64,000 bases of DNA from Aeriscardovia aeriphila (GTDB taxonomy: Bacteria; Actinomycetota; Actinomycetes; Actinomycetales; Bifidobacteriaceae): positions 20,799-84,798 of the forward strand of contig CASERW010000001.1 in NCBI GenBank assembly GCA_949290445.1, written 5' to 3'. The stretch's first letter is position 1. Each line of letters starts with the position of its first letter. The notes beneath the pieces are model-generated. The model did not search any database and was not told the origin of the DNA. It worked only from the letters and a program-made list of their open reading frames with translations. Both the position numbers and the translations under genes were made by a program. Shown here piece after piece: positions 19,382 through 30,518 of this stretch.

Positions 19382-21289
19382 CTACACGTTCTGCGGGGCT
19401 TGTGCTTGCACGCATGTTAGCGCGATCGTGTTGATAATATCCCTCGTTGTTGCCCCTCGGGAAAGGTCGTTGACTGGCTTATTGAGCCCTTGCAAAATCG
19501 GGCCAATTGCCACGCCCTCTCCTACGCGCTGAATGGCTTTAATACCAATATTTGAGGCAGAGAGGCTGGGCATCACAAAGGTGTTCACATGGCCTGCGAC
19601 GCTATCACCCGGAGCTTTCAGCGCTGCAACGGTGGCATCCCATGCGGCATCGAATTGGATCGGTCCGGTTATCTTTTCCTTGGGGAAAGCCTCTTTGGCA
19701 ATCTGGGTGGCTTCCTTGACTAAGTCGACATCGGGGCCTTTACCGGAGTCGACGGTGGAGTAGGAGAGCATGCCAATGTACGGGTCGATGCCAAACTGAC
19801 GGGCAGTGCGTGCTGACTCACCTGCAATTTCAGCTAACTGTGAAGCAGTCGGGTTCGGCAACAGCGCAACGTCAGCGTAAATGTCAACGCGACGGCCCAA
19901 GCACATCACCATCACGCCGGAAGCGAGCTTGATCCCAGGGCGCGTCTTGATAATCTGGAGCGCCGGGCGAACAGTGTTAGCCGTCGAGTGGCGCGCACCG
20001 GAAACCATGCCATCAGCAAGGCCGAGCTGAACGTACATTGTGCCAAAAGTGCTCGGGTCTTTGAGGGCCTCACGGGCCGCTTCCTCAGTCATCCCATGCT
20101 TGGCACGAATGCGAACCAGCTGCGGGACCATGCGCGAGATCAGCTCCTCGTCATTCATCGATTGAATCGTCGCCTGAGAGGCCACATGAGTCAGGCCCAG
20201 AGCTTCGGCATGGCGAGTAATCTGCGAAGCGTCGCCCACGATGACAGCATGGAAAGCGTTGAACTCGAGCAGGTAGTCGGCTGCGCGCAAAATACGGTCA
20301 TCATCGCCTTCTGGCAAAATGATGGTCTTCTTCTGCTGCGCTGCCTGGTGCATGAGTCGATACTGGAAGTTTGCCGGAGTGAGTACGCGCGGGCGGTCAC
20401 GCACGATCAGCGGCAGAAGTCGCAGTGGTTCGACGGCCTTTTGGAAGGCGGCGAGATGCTGGTCGATAATCGCGTCGAGGTGAGCGGTGTGGGCTGAATC
20501 AGCGTCGTGGAAATCAGCCGATTCTTCAGTATCTACATTCTCCACAAACCACACGGGTAGCTCGTAGTCGACCAGGTTGATCAGCACGTCTTGCCTCAGC
20601 TCTGGGTTGCCTGGGCACACGAACGCGCCAATCACCTTATTGCCCGCCTCTTCCACAAAGCTGATGGAGGAGCGCAGGCTCTGAGCGATTGCGCAAGCAG
20701 AAAGGTTTTCACCGTTGATCACAACAACGACGCTGGCTTGCAAGTCGGCTGCCAAGGCAGAATTGTCGTGCAACAGGTACGGGTCGGCAATCACCGGGTT
20801 ATCAGAGCTCATACACACCACCGCATCCGCACTGGCAATCTGAGGGTTGGTGTGGAAACGAGTGACGATGTCCAGCTCAGTGCGCGAAAAAGATGGGGTA
20901 GAGGACGTGTCCAAACCGATATGCTGGTCGCGGTCGCTATTGATGTCAACAGGAGTTTGGCCAGCGGGCACCAAAGGGTGCGAGAAGCGCTGGGCTGCTC
21001 GCAAGGCGATCGTCATATTGGCGGCAGAAGAATTCGTGCTGATGGGCTGGAAAACAGTCGTTTGCGCGTAGGCTTGCGAAAGCGTGTGCAGCAGGCCAAG
21101 AGTAACTGTCAAGCGGCCTGCAGAGTAGTCGGGTGAGAACACGGATACGACGGGTCGACGAGGTGTTGTGCCGTTTTCCTGTGGGGGAAGGGGAGCGGTG
21201 GCTTGTGGATTGCCTTCCGCTTGTGGTGCTGCGAGTTGTGCATGGTCAGGAGAGCTCATCATTGTTTCTCCAGTGTTAGTCGTTGGCAT
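19382..21289 (-). CDS. pta: Phosphate acetyltransferase with N-terminal extension
   Basis: ILPEGDDDRIL, GMVSGA.HSTANTVRPALQII, GPIQFDAA and GPILQGLNKPVNDLSRG. Confidence 0.95.
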   Translation of the reverse strand: MPTTNTGETMMSSPDHAQLAAPQAEGNPQATAPLPPQENGTTPRRPVVSVFSPDYSAGRLTVTLGLLHTLSQAYAQTTVFQPISTNSSAANMTIALRAAQRFSHPLVPAGQTPVDINSDRDQHIGLDTSSTPSFSRTELDIVTRFHTNPQIASADAVVCMSSDNPVIADPYLLHDNSALAADLQASVVVVINGENLSACAIAQSLRSSISFVEEAGNKVIGAFVCPGNPELRQDVLINLVDYELPVWFVENVDTEESADFHDADSAHTAHLDAIIDQHLAAFQKAVEPLRLLPLIVRDRPRVLTPANFQYRLMHQAAQQKKTIILPEGDDDRILRAADYLLEFNAFHAVIVGDASQITRHAEALGLTHVASQATIQSMNDEELISRMVPQLVRIRAKHGMTEEAAREALKDPSTFGTMYVQLGLADGMVSGARHSTANTVRPALQIIKTRPGIKLASGVMVMCLGRRVDIYADVALLPNPTASQLAEIAGESARTARQFGIDPYIGMLSYSTVDSGKGPDVDLVKEATQIAKEAFPKEKITGPIQFDAAWDATVAALKAPGDSVAGHVNTFVMPSLSASNIGIKAIQRVGEGVAIGPILQGLNKPVNDLSRGATTRDIINTIALTCVQAQAPQNV

Positions 21290-21377
21290 AGGCGCCTCCT
21301 CGCTTCCTATTATGCCTGAAGGCTGGTGTCAACTCGTGAAGGGCGTGTGAGATTATCACTTGTATTTGCAGGTACGC

Positions 21378-21409
21378 AAAAAGCCCGCACCACAAGGGCA
21401 CGGGCTTTT
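21378..21409 (-). terminator. Terminator after xfp
   Basis: aaaagcccg ... cgggctttt hairpin between the xfp stop and the pta start. Confidence 0.7.
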
Positions 21410-21443
21410 GCTCAGATCAGTTCACACAATGCGTGTGAGAAGA

Positions 21444-23927
21444 TCACTTCTCGTTATCGCCGGCAGTGTTGATGGCAGCTGCAACGTTGCCACCCTCGAG
21501 GTCGGTACGAACGCCTGGCCACACCCAGTCGGTGTAATCAGGATGATCGTAGCCGTTGTCGACTGCGAACTGGAAGGCTTCCTCACGGAACTTCTCGAGC
21601 TTGTTGATCTCGTCGGCGAACTTGTCGGCGTCGACCATACGCAGAGCCTCTGCGGTCAGCTCGTAACGATCCATCTCGTTGACGCGAACCATGTCGTAAG
21701 GAGTGGTGGTAGAACCTTCCTCCTCGTAACCATGGACGTTGAAGTTGTCGTGGTTTGGACGATCCCAGATGAGGGAGCGAATCTCACGAGCATATGCGTG
21801 GTAAGCGAACAGAACTGGCTTGTCAGCGGTGAAGAGCTGAGTGAACTCTTCGTCGGAGAGAGCCTGATCGTTCTCAGAAGCGTTCTGGATGCTGAGCAGA
21901 TCCATCACGTTGACAACCTTGAACTTCACGCCAAGCTTGTTGAGCTTGTCGGCAGTTGCCATGATCTCCTGAGTTGGAACGTCACCAGCGGAAGCCAGGA
22001 CAACCTGAACTTCGTCGTTGCTCTTGGCATTGGAAGCCCACTCCCACTCGGCAGCACCCTTCTTGAGCTCTTCGCGAGCTTCGTCGAGGGAGAGCCACGT
22101 TGGAGCTGGCTGCTTACCAGAAACAATGGCGTTGATCATGTTGGTGGACTTGAAGGCCTTCTCAGACACGGCGAGCAAGGAGTTGCCGTCGGCTGGAAGG
22201 TAGATGCCAACAACGTGATCGTTGTGGAAGTTCTTGTTGAGCAGGATGTCGATGACACCTGGATCCTGGTGCGAGAAGCCGTTGTGATCCTGACGCCACA
22301 CGTGAGAGGAGACGAGCAGGTTCACAGAAGCGATTGGCTTACGCCACGGGATGTGACGAACGGTTGCCTCGAGCCACTTTGCATGCTGGTTGAGCATGGA
22401 GTCGATGACGTGCACGAAGGACTCATAAGAGCTCCACAGTGCGTGACGGCCGGTGAGGACGTAACCCTCAACGAAGCCTTCCATCTGGTGCTCGGAGAGC
22501 TGCTCGGTGACCTGACCGGTGACAGCCATGTGAGCGTCGGTCATCTCGGAGAGGTAGCCGGCATCCCACTGCTTGTTGGTGACCTCATAGGCAGCCTGCA
22601 AGCGGTTAGAAGCGGTCTCATCTGGTCCGAAGATGCGGAAGGAATCTGGGTTGAGCTTGATGATGTCGCGAGCATAGTCGCCGAGACGGCGAGTAGCTTC
22701 GGTCTGGCCCCAACCGTGGCCATACTTCTCAACGCCTTCGACCTTGTAGTCGTCGAGCTTTGGAAGGTTCAGTGGCTTCAAGATGCGGCCGCCGTTTGCG
22801 TTCGGGTTCTGGCCGATACGCAGTTCGCCCTTAGGCATGAAGGCGGTCACTTCTGGACGCACAGCGCCGTTCTCGTCGAACAGCTCTTCTGGCTTGTAGG
22901 ACTCGAGCCAGTGCTTGAGAACCTGGAAGTGCTCTTCGGTATCGCGAGCGGAAGCCAGCGGCACCTGGTGAGCGCGCCAAGAGCCCTCAGTCTTGTTGCC
23001 ATCGATGAACTTCGGGCACGTCCAACCCTTTGGAGTGCGGAAGATGATCATCGGGTAGAATGGGCGCTCCATATCGTTGGTGTTGGCAGCAGCCTTGATG
23101 TCGCAAATCTCATCGAAGATGGACTCGAACAGGTCTGCGAAACGACGGTGGATGGACATGTGGTCCTCATCGTCGAAGCCAGCAACGAACTCATATGGTT
23201 CGTAACCCATGCCGTGGAAGAAGTCGTGGAGCTCTTCGTCAGAAATACGAGCAAGGATGGTTGGGTTTGCGATCTTGTAACCGTTGAGGTGCAAGATTGG
23301 CAGAACGATACCATCGGTGCGTGGGTTGACGAGCTTGTTGGACTGCCAGCCGGTAGCCAATGGGCCAGTTTCGGCCTCGCCATCACCGACGATGGCTGGG
23401 ACGAACAGGCTTGGGTTGTTCATAACGGCACCGTAAGCGTGGGAGAGGGCATAACCCAACTCGCCACCCTCATGGATGGAGCCTGGGGTCTCTGGTGCGA
23501 AGTGGGATGGAATACCACCTGGATAAGAGAACTGGCGGAAGAACTTCTGCAAGCCAGCCTCGTCATGGGTGATTTCTGGGTAGTACTCAGTGTAGGTGCC
23601 GTCGAGGTAAGACTGAGCGGTACCTGCTGGGCCACCGTGGCCTGGACCCATGATGATCACGGTGTTCTGCTGGTGGTCAGCAATCAAACGGTTGATGTGG
23701 CCGATCAGGAAGTTCAGGCCTGGGGTGGTTCCCCAGTGACCAACCAGACGGTACTTGACGTCGTCACGGGTGAACGGCGCCTTCATCAGCGGGTTGCTGC
23801 GCAGATAGATCTGGCCGATGGACAGGTAGTTGGCAGCGCGCCAGTACTTGTCCACACCCTCGAGCGCTTCCTCGGAAACCGGATGACCGAGCTTCTTCCA
23901 AGGGGTGCCAATAACAGGATTCGTCAT
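21444..23927 (-). CDS. xfp: Xylulose-5-phosphate/fructose-6-phosphate phosphoketolase
   Basis: [10 protein letters not shown] start, [44 protein letters not shown]; bifidobacterial hallmark enzyme. Confidence 0.99.
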   Translation of the reverse strand: MTNPVIGTPWKKLGHPVSEEALEGVDKYWRAANYLSIGQIYLRSNPLMKAPFTRDDVKYRLVGHWGTTPGLNFLIGHINRLIADHQQNTVIIMGPGHGGPAGTAQSYLDGTYTEYYPEITHDEAGLQKFFRQFSYPGGIPSHFAPETPGSIHEGGELGYALSHAYGAVMNNPSLFVPAIVGDGEAETGPLATGWQSNKLVNPRTDGIVLPILHLNGYKIANPTILARISDEELHDFFHGMGYEPYEFVAGFDDEDHMSIHRRFADLFESIFDEICDIKAAANTNDMERPFYPMIIFRTPKGWTCPKFIDGNKTEGSWRAHQVPLASARDTEEHFQVLKHWLESYKPEELFDENGAVRPEVTAFMPKGELRIGQNPNANGGRILKPLNLPKLDDYKVEGVEKYGHGWGQTEATRRLGDYARDIIKLNPDSFRIFGPDETASNRLQAAYEVTNKQWDAGYLSEMTDAHMAVTGQVTEQLSEHQMEGFVEGYVLTGRHALWSSYESFVHVIDSMLNQHAKWLEATVRHIPWRKPIASVNLLVSSHVWRQDHNGFSHQDPGVIDILLNKNFHNDHVVGIYLPADGNSLLAVSEKAFKSTNMINAIVSGKQPAPTWLSLDEAREELKKGAAEWEWASNAKSNDEVQVVLASAGDVPTQEIMATADKLNKLGVKFKVVNVMDLLSIQNASENDQALSDEEFTQLFTADKPVLFAYHAYAREIRSLIWDRPNHDNFNVHGYEEEGSTTTPYDMVRVNEMDRYELTAEALRMVDADKFADEINKLEKFREEAFQFAVDNGYDHPDYTDWVWPGVRTDLEGGNVAAAINTAGDNEK

Positions 23928-24167
23928 TTGTTCTCCTGCACTCTTGTGCGATCTGTTTTACTCTTAGGACTCCTGTAGCCAAGCACGGCGTACAAGGCCG
24001 CCTTCGGCATATGTCCCAATCTCTTTGATCATATTTGAGTGGCCAGACTTTGCCACGCCCTATAGCCTCTTTAGCCTGCGGCCAAAGTCTGAGTGAAAAT
24101 CGTGAGCTTCTGTCATGGCAGTTTGCCAAGATGAAAGGAAAATTGAGTTATACGAAGGAGAGGACTC

Positions 24168-25730
24168 ATGGAGAGACGTCCGGTTCTGGTCGTCGATTAT
24201 GGCGCCCAGTACGCGGAGCTCATTGCACGTCGAGTGCGTGAGGCTCATGTCTATTCTGAGCTGGTTGCTCATACCATGCCTGTGGATGAGATGCTGGCTA
24301 AGAAGCCACTGGCAATTATCTTTTCTGGTGGCCCTGCGTCAGTGTACGAACCTGATGCACCTCATATTGATCCTAAGATCTTCGATGCAGGTATCCCGAT
24401 CCTCGGAATCTGCTACGGCTGCCAGTTGATGGCAGAAGAATTGGGTGGCGACGTCGACAAGGCTGCCATGGGTGAATATGGTAAGACCTCCGTCGATGTG
24501 AACGATGCTTCCTATATTCTTGGCGGCTCTCCTGCAGAACAGACCGTGTGGATGAGCCACGGCGTCCAGATTAACAAGGCTCCAGAAGGCTTTGTGACCT
24601 TGGCAACCTCTCCATCCGCTCCTGTGGCCGCAATGGCTGACCCTCAGCGCAAGCTTTACGGCATTCAGTGGCATTGCGAAGTCAAGCACACTCCTCTGGG
24701 TCAGAACATCATCGAGAACTTCCTGCACAACGAAGCAGGTATCGAGGATAACTGGAGCCCGAAGGGCTTGATGGAAGAGCAGATCGAAAAGATTCGCGAA
24801 GAAGTCGGCGATGACCAGGTGATCTGCGGCCTGTCCGGTGGCGTTGACTCTGCTGTTGCCGCCACTTTGGTGCACAAGGCTGTGGGCGACCAGCTCACCT
24901 GCGTGTTCGTCAACCATGGCTTGCTTCGTGAAGGCGAAGTTGAGCAGGTTCAGCACGACTTTGTGCAAGCTACCGGCATCAAGCTCAAGACTGTTGATGC
25001 TTCCGAGGAGTTCGTTTCTGCCCTCAAGGGTGTGACCGAGCCAGAGGCCAAGCGCAAGATCATCGGTGACCTCTTTATTAAGACCTTCGAAAAGGCTGCA
25101 TCTCAGATCGTTGCTGAGGCCGGTGAGAAGGGCGCTAAGGTCAAGTGGCTGGTTCAGGGCACTCTCTACCCAGACGTCGTCGAGTCGGGTGGCGGCTCCG
25201 GCACTGCCGTGATCAAGTCGCACCATAACGTCGGCGGCCTGCCAGAAAACTTGGAGTTCAAGCTCATCGAGCCACTGCGCTCCCTGTTTAAGGATGAAGT
25301 TCGCCAGATTGGCACTCATCTGGGGCTGCCGGACTACATGGTGTGGCGTCAGCCATTCCCAGGCCCAGGCTTGGCAATTCGTATTGTGGGCGAAGTTACT
25401 CAGGATCGTTTGAACCTGCTGCGCCGCGCTGATGCTATCGCTCGTGAAGAGATGACGAAGGCTGGTTTGGATCGCAAGATCTGGCAGTGCCCAGTTGTTC
25501 TCTTGGCTAACGTCCACTCTGTGGGTGTTCAGGGCGATGAGCGTACCTATGGAAACCCGATTGTGATCCGTCCAATCGAATCTTCGGATGCTATGACGGC
25601 CGATTGGTTCCACATGCCTTATGATGTGCTGACTGCCATCTCCAACCGCATTACCAACGAATGCCGTGGAATTAACCGCGTGGTTTACGATGTCACTTCG
25701 AAGCCACCGGCAACCATCGAATGGGAGTGA
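24168..25730 (+). CDS. guaA: GMP synthase (glutamine-hydrolysing)
   Basis: [31 protein letters not shown] and KPPATIEWE. Confidence 0.98.
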   Translation: MERRPVLVVDYGAQYAELIARRVREAHVYSELVAHTMPVDEMLAKKPLAIIFSGGPASVYEPDAPHIDPKIFDAGIPILGICYGCQLMAEELGGDVDKAAMGEYGKTSVDVNDASYILGGSPAEQTVWMSHGVQINKAPEGFVTLATSPSAPVAAMADPQRKLYGIQWHCEVKHTPLGQNIIENFLHNEAGIEDNWSPKGLMEEQIEKIREEVGDDQVICGLSGGVDSAVAATLVHKAVGDQLTCVFVNHGLLREGEVEQVQHDFVQATGIKLKTVDASEEFVSALKGVTEPEAKRKIIGDLFIKTFEKAASQIVAEAGEKGAKVKWLVQGTLYPDVVESGGGSGTAVIKSHHNVGGLPENLEFKLIEPLRSLFKDEVRQIGTHLGLPDYMVWRQPFPGPGLAIRIVGEVTQDRLNLLRRADAIAREEMTKAGLDRKIWQCPVVLLANVHSVGVQGDERTYGNPIVIRPIESSDAMTADWFHMPYDVLTAISNRITNECRGINRVVYDVTSKPPATIEWE

Positions 25731-25743
25731 GTTTTCACTGTGA

Positions 25744-25778
25744 AGAAGGCGATCATCTGCGTGATGGTCGCCTTCTTT
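25744..25778 (+). terminator. Terminator after guaA
   Basis: agaaggcgatcatc / gatggtcgccttct stem followed by T residues. Confidence 0.8.
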
Positions 25779-25815
25779 GCGTTTGCAATGTTCTCTTGGT
25801 TACTATGCAGTGTGT

Positions 25816-26517
25816 TCACCGAACCGCACAGCTCTCCTCGCTCTGTGGCTGCTGGGATTTATCGTCATCTGCAGGTGTGGGCGAAGCAGAGGGATCAGCA
25901 GCAGTGACAATCTGGGAGTGCCGAGCCGAAAGCTTTTCCAAAACGATAGCCACCCAAGTTGCGATGAGCAGAGGCTGGATCACTGCGTTGATGTTGCTCG
26001 GGGAGAGGAGCACCTCAAAAGAGGCCTGCCAATTGGTGATCTGCGGCAAAAGAGCGCCGAGAGATTTCAGCGAGTCGAAAAGCATTTGGTAAACAACGAC
26101 GTAAATGGTGAGCCATTGAATGAGGTATTCGCTGATCTCAAACTCTTCTTGGGAGAGCGTGAGGCGAGGGAAACGGCGAGTTACCCAGCGTTGCGCGCCA
26201 ACCTGGAGAAGCGCCACCAAGAAAATGACGATCAGGAGGAAAAATAGAACGGTGACGGTAGGGAACTTGTCGGTGAGATGCTCTTGCCCCTCGATAATCG
26301 CATCCGCTTGAACATCAGGAAGCAACCAGATTACCAGGCCGAGTAGGGCAGTGAAGAATGCGACGACAATCGCGAAGAAGAGAGCGTTAGTCACCATCTG
26401 CACAACGAAGTGCGCGCCCACTTTGAGGAAGGTGAACATCTGGGCGTGCTTGCCATAGACGACGCGGCCCATGAGCAGCAGCAGAACGCATAACAGGACA
26501 AAGAAAAATACAGCCAC
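25816..26517 (-). CDS. Hypothetical membrane protein
   Basis: About five hydrophobic segments; TACGAT 6 nt before GTG suggests a leaderless start. Confidence 0.7.
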   Translation of the reverse strand: MAVFFFVLLCVLLLLMGRVVYGKHAQMFTFLKVGAHFVVQMVTNALFFAIVVAFFTALLGLVIWLLPDVQADAIIEGQEHLTDKFPTVTVLFFLLIVIFLVALLQVGAQRWVTRRFPRLTLSQEEFEISEYLIQWLTIYVVVYQMLFDSLKSLGALLPQITNWQASFEVLLSPSNINAVIQPLLIATWVAIVLEKLSARHSQIVTAADPSASPTPADDDKSQQPQSEESCAVR

Positions 26518-26627
26518 AAGCTCATCGTAGCGGAAGGATGGTGGGATTAGGGCGACCTGGCGCTGACAGCAGTCGGGAGTTTAGTTGTTGTGTGGTTTGG
26601 CGTGACTTACCGTTTGTGGGGTTGGGG

Positions 26628-27188
26628 CTACTCGCGGTTAGCAGGGTTTGCTTTGGGAAGCAGCGGGGTAAGCCAGACGGCCATCGTCAACGCCATGCGC
26701 TCGGGAATAGGGTTTTCGCTCAATGCCCAGCGGCACAGTGCATCCGTCAAGCCGGAAGCCAAATAGATAATCGAGTAGCGAGAATCCGTACCAGCGGGCA
26801 AGTGGGGGCCGAAGGTTGCGCGTACCAATCCGGTCATCTCTTTTCTCAGGGCAGAGACTAAACCATTAGCAGTCAGAGCGGCGATGAATTCTCGGTGAGC
26901 CAGGAAAACATTCGCATAAGTGAGCATGAGGGCAGGTACATGCACATTTTGCTCGAGGGCGAGGCCTTCTAAAGGCCGGATCATCCACTCGTCAATGCAA
27001 TCGTGCAGCAACTCCGACTTGGAGGAGTAGTTGTTGTAGAAGGCTTGGCGCGAAAGAGTGGCGCGACGGCAGATGTCGGTAATAGAAATTGATTTGTAGG
27101 TTTGATCGTGCAGCAAGGAAAGGAGGGCGTCGCGCAGCATGTCGCGGCTTCTCGCCGAGAGCGGGTTGACGTGTTCGATTTCGCTCAT
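26628..27188 (-). CDS. TetR/AcrR family regulator
   Basis: ISITDICRRATLSRQAFYNNYSSK HTH; RBS before ATG 27188. Confidence 0.85.
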   Translation of the reverse strand: MSEIEHVNPLSARSRDMLRDALLSLLHDQTYKSISITDICRRATLSRQAFYNNYSSKSELLHDCIDEWMIRPLEGLALEQNVHVPALMLTYANVFLAHREFIAALTANGLVSALRKEMTGLVRATFGPHLPAGTDSRYSIIYLASGLTDALCRWALSENPIPERMALTMAVWLTPLLPKANPANRE

Positions 27189-27424
27189 GTTCGTCCTTTC
27201 CTCGTGCTGCGAAAAGTGCATCACGTAGTCTTGCTCGATTCTAAAGGAAGCTCCTTCCATGCGGCTTACTATGTATTTTTGATAAAGAGTTTAGGTTTAC
27301 AGGTTTGTGGGAAATTTTGAACTACTATAGAAGGTAGGAAAACCGAGAGCCTGGGCAGTGCACGGGATGAGCACCATGCGTTCATCACTGTACTGCATGA
27401 GCCGAGCACCAGAAGGGATACGAC

Positions 27425-28099
27425 ATGGAAGCTAAGACTTCTCCACAACGTATTTCCGTCTTTGACGAATATATACTCGCATCCGACTTGCCGCAGAGGC
27501 AAAAGCGAGTACTGAAGGCCTGCTTGGTTCTGTTCTCCACCAAGGGCTATTCTGACACCACCACCTCAGATATCGCACGCCTTGCTGGCGTTTCTGAAGG
27601 AACCGTATACAAGCACTTCCGCACGAAGAAGGACCTTCTCACGGCACTAGCAGTGCCCTTCACTGACCGTTTCCTGCCGTCTAACGCTTTTGAAAGCGTT
27701 TTGGACCGTGCAAAGAACATGGAGAGCGTGCCTGATTTCAACGAGTTCTTGTACCAGATCACGTATGATCGTTTCCTCTTCGTTTCTGATAATCGTGAGA
27801 TATTGCGCGTTTTCTTGCGAGATGGAATTCGCCGTACCGATGCCTTTGATCTTGCCCGCGAGCGTTTTGTTACTTCTTTAGCTGCGGCACTGGCAAAGGT
27901 TATTCACCTTTATCAAGCCCGGGGTGAACTGATCGATTGGCCAGAAGCTGTTATCTGTAGATTTGTATTTGGAGCATGGATGGGATATGTCCTTCCTAAC
28001 GTCATTCTCTCCGAGCAGAATTTCGACATTGAGAAAGCTTCCCATCGCGTTGCACTGACATTATCCAGAGGATTAGCACCACAAACTTCAGTTCAGTAG
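27425..28099 (+). CDS. TetR/AcrR family regulator
   Basis: TTTSDIARLAGVSEGTVYKHFRTKKDL HTH. Confidence 0.9.
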   Translation: MEAKTSPQRISVFDEYILASDLPQRQKRVLKACLVLFSTKGYSDTTTSDIARLAGVSEGTVYKHFRTKKDLLTALAVPFTDRFLPSNAFESVLDRAKNMESVPDFNEFLYQITYDRFLFVSDNREILRVFLRDGIRRTDAFDLARERFVTSLAAALAKVIHLYQARGELIDWPEAVICRFVFGAWMGYVLPNVILSEQNFDIEKASHRVALTLSRGLAPQTSVQ

Positions 28100-28227
28100 T
28101 TCTCTGATTGTCGTTTCTGTAATACCTTTGCGGTTGCCGTTGGCTTGCTGACAGTAACGCAGGATTGTTGCGATGATGCGATGAGGGGCGAGGAAATGAA
28201 CAGTAGTGGTGCAAGAGAGGTAGAGCT

Positions 28228-29121
28228 ATGACTGACGCGCAAGTGAGTGAAAAGCCCGCAACTTCAACACTTGCTTCAGCACCCGTTGCTCTTGTCTCCG
28301 GCGCAAGCTCAGGCATCGGATTCCAGGTTGCCAAGCAGCTGAGTGAGAAAGGCTTCATCGTTTACGGTGCTGCCCGCCATTTTGCTGAACTTTCTGAGGA
28401 CTCGGCCACTACTGTTGGCAAGGGTGGCTTCCACGAGGTTCACCTTGACGTCACTGACGAAGACGAGTGCAAGAAGGTCGTCGACTACATCGTCGAGCAC
28501 ACTGGCCGCATCGATGTTCTCGTCAACAACGCTGGCTTCGCCGTCTTCGGCGCTATTGAAACGGTAAGCAGTAAGGAAGCTAAGCGCCAGTTTGACACTA
28601 ACGTCTTCGGCCTGGCCAATATGACTCGTACCGTTCTTCCTCATATGCGCGAGAATCGTCACGGCCATATCGTCATGATCTCTTCGGTGGCTGGTCGCTT
28701 GCCTGGCTATTTCGGCGGCTGGTACCACGCCTCGAAGTGGGCTGTGGAAGCTTTAAGCGCTACTTTGCGTTCCGAGGTCAAGCCTTACGGTATTGCCGTT
28801 ACCGTGGTCGAGCCTGGCGCAGTGGCAACCCCGTGGGCCAGCATCGCCTATGATAGCTTGATGGAGGTGAGCAAAGGCACTGCTTATGAGCAGACTGCTC
28901 GCCGCGTTGCAGCAACAATGCTTGACTTCTACGAGAATGCTCCGATTTCTACTCCTGAGCAGGTGGGTGGCCGCATCGTTTCGATGATGACGCGCAAGAA
29001 CCCGCCTCGTCGTTTCGTCGTGGCTCGTGGGGCTCGCATGATGTTGGCAGCTCACGCTCTCTTGCCAGCAGAAGCTTTTGAAGCAATTGAACGCATGAAT
29101 CTCACGCGCCGAGAAGGCTGA
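28228..29121 (+). CDS. Short-chain dehydrogenase/reductase
   Basis: SGASSGIG, VNNAG and YHASK catalytic motif. Confidence 0.93.
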   Translation: MTDAQVSEKPATSTLASAPVALVSGASSGIGFQVAKQLSEKGFIVYGAARHFAELSEDSATTVGKGGFHEVHLDVTDEDECKKVVDYIVEHTGRIDVLVNNAGFAVFGAIETVSSKEAKRQFDTNVFGLANMTRTVLPHMRENRHGHIVMISSVAGRLPGYFGGWYHASKWAVEALSATLRSEVKPYGIAVTVVEPGAVATPWASIAYDSLMEVSKGTAYEQTARRVAATMLDFYENAPISTPEQVGGRIVSMMTRKNPPRRFVVARGARMMLAAHALLPAEAFEAIERMNLTRREG

Positions 29122-29131
29122 ATTGATGGCT

Positions 29132-29164
29132 TGAGATTATCACTGTGGTGTAGTGACAATCTCG
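29132..29164. repeat. Inverted pair of the dispersed motif between convergent genes
   Basis: GAGATTATCACT-gtggtgt-AGTGACAATCTC; one mismatch in the stem. Confidence 0.85.
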
Positions 29165-29171
29165 AGAAATG

Positions 29172-30338
29172 CTAGGCGCGAGAAGAGGGGAGAACCACGT
29201 TTTCCACCGGCTCGCGTAGGGCCAGATGCGTCAGATTCGTCATCGTCAAGTTGCGCAAGTTCACCACCGACTGCGGCAAGTGCCAGCCGCCTGCAACATG
29301 AGGGGTGATGATCAAGCGGGGAGTGTCCCACAGCGAAGAATCTGCAGGCAAAGGCTCAGGGTTCGTCACATCGAGCGCGGCACCAGCGAGGTGACCTGCA
29401 CGCAAAGAAGCTTGCAAAGCTGCAGAATCTACCGCATCTCCGCGTCCAGCGTTCACAAAATAACTGCCCTGCTTCATCGCGCTAAAGAAGCTTTCATCGA
29501 AGAAGCCCACCGTTTGAGGGTTAGATGGCAAGAAACTCACCACAACATCAGCAGAAGGCAGGTAGTCGGCCAGAGAGTCCATGGCTACAACCTGAGCGAC
29601 AGCAGCAGAGTTCGACGAGTGAGCAGGGTTGCGACGGAAACCGAAAACTTTCGCTCCCATCGCCGTGCACAAGCGGGCAAAAGCCTCACCAATATGGCCA
29701 TAACCTAATACCACAACGGTTGCGCCGACCAACGAACGCACTTCACCGGCAGACTGCCAGCGATGCTCACGCTGCAAATCAGCATACTGATTGAGGTTTT
29801 TCATCAGGGCGAGAAGCTGAGCGAAAGCATGCTCAGAAACGGCTTGGTCGTAGGCGCCAGAAGCGTTGGCAATCACCACGCCCTGAGGCAAGGCGAGATT
29901 CATGTACTTGTCGTAGCCTGCGGAGAGAAGCTGAATGAGCTGCAAGCGAGGGGTGGAAGTCGGGGACTGAGCGGCGGAAGAGTGAGATTGAGCAGCTGAG
30001 TTCTGGGATTGAGCAGCGCAAGCTTGAGATTGCGCTGCGAACAGTTCTTGCGCGGCAGTAACAGGGAAGTTTCCTACTAGAGCTGTCGCATCAACGGGTA
30101 GATGCTCACTCTTCTGTGCAATCCAGGTAAAACGCGCAGCAGGAACAATCGCTTGCATCATCTGGCGGTCAGCAAGGGAGAAACGGTCAACGGCAACGAT
30201 ATGCATGCCTTCGCCCGCGGTTTGGGCTGTGTACCGAGTGTTGGGAGCAGATGCTGGTGCAGATGTAGGCGCGTTCATAACAGCGGAAGTAGGTGTAGAG
30301 GAAGTGGTCATATTTTCGCGAGTCTCAGAAGTCGTCAT
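29172..30338 (-). CDS. D-2-hydroxyacid dehydrogenase
   Basis: GYGHIG, VNAGRG, AALDVTNPEPL and TPHVAG; imperfect 21-bp repeats (AAQS units) near 29966-30038. Confidence 0.9.
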   Translation of the reverse strand: MTTSETRENMTTSSTPTSAVMNAPTSAPASAPNTRYTAQTAGEGMHIVAVDRFSLADRQMMQAIVPAARFTWIAQKSEHLPVDATALVGNFPVTAAQELFAAQSQACAAQSQNSAAQSHSSAAQSPTSTPRLQLIQLLSAGYDKYMNLALPQGVVIANASGAYDQAVSEHAFAQLLALMKNLNQYADLQREHRWQSAGEVRSLVGATVVVLGYGHIGEAFARLCTAMGAKVFGFRRNPAHSSNSAAVAQVVAMDSLADYLPSADVVVSFLPSNPQTVGFFDESFFSAMKQGSYFVNAGRGDAVDSAALQASLRAGHLAGAALDVTNPEPLPADSSLWDTPRLIITPHVAGGWHLPQSVVNLRNLTMTNLTHLALREPVENVVLPSSRA

Positions 30339-30518
30339 GCCCTTTATTTTAGGGGAAACAGGGGTGGAAAGTTTCTCGATACGCGCAAAGCGACACTGCC
30401 AATCTCAGAAAGTGGAGTGACGACCCTAGACTAGAGAACAGTGAATAAACCAAGCCGTGCCGACCGCGAGAGTCGCCACTAGCTTGGAACTTGGCAATGC
30501 CGTTGTGCAGGAGACGAT

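Noticed and set aside
21360-23978. 872-aa ORF antisense to xfp, and similar long shadow ORFs opposite pyk, ackA, guaA, pbuX, alaS, pyrG, sufD and the uracil permease
   Set aside because: They mirror strongly codon-biased genes, which suppresses stops in the antisense frame; no recognisable motifs or starts.
27367-27385. TetR operator ATGAGC-n7-GTTCAT between the divergent TetR genes
   Set aside because: The palindrome is too short and imperfect to distinguish from chance.
29132-29164. Motif pairs as IS or MITE terminal inverted repeats
   Set aside because: Spacers differ in length and sequence, most copies are solitary, and I saw no target-site duplication or transposase.
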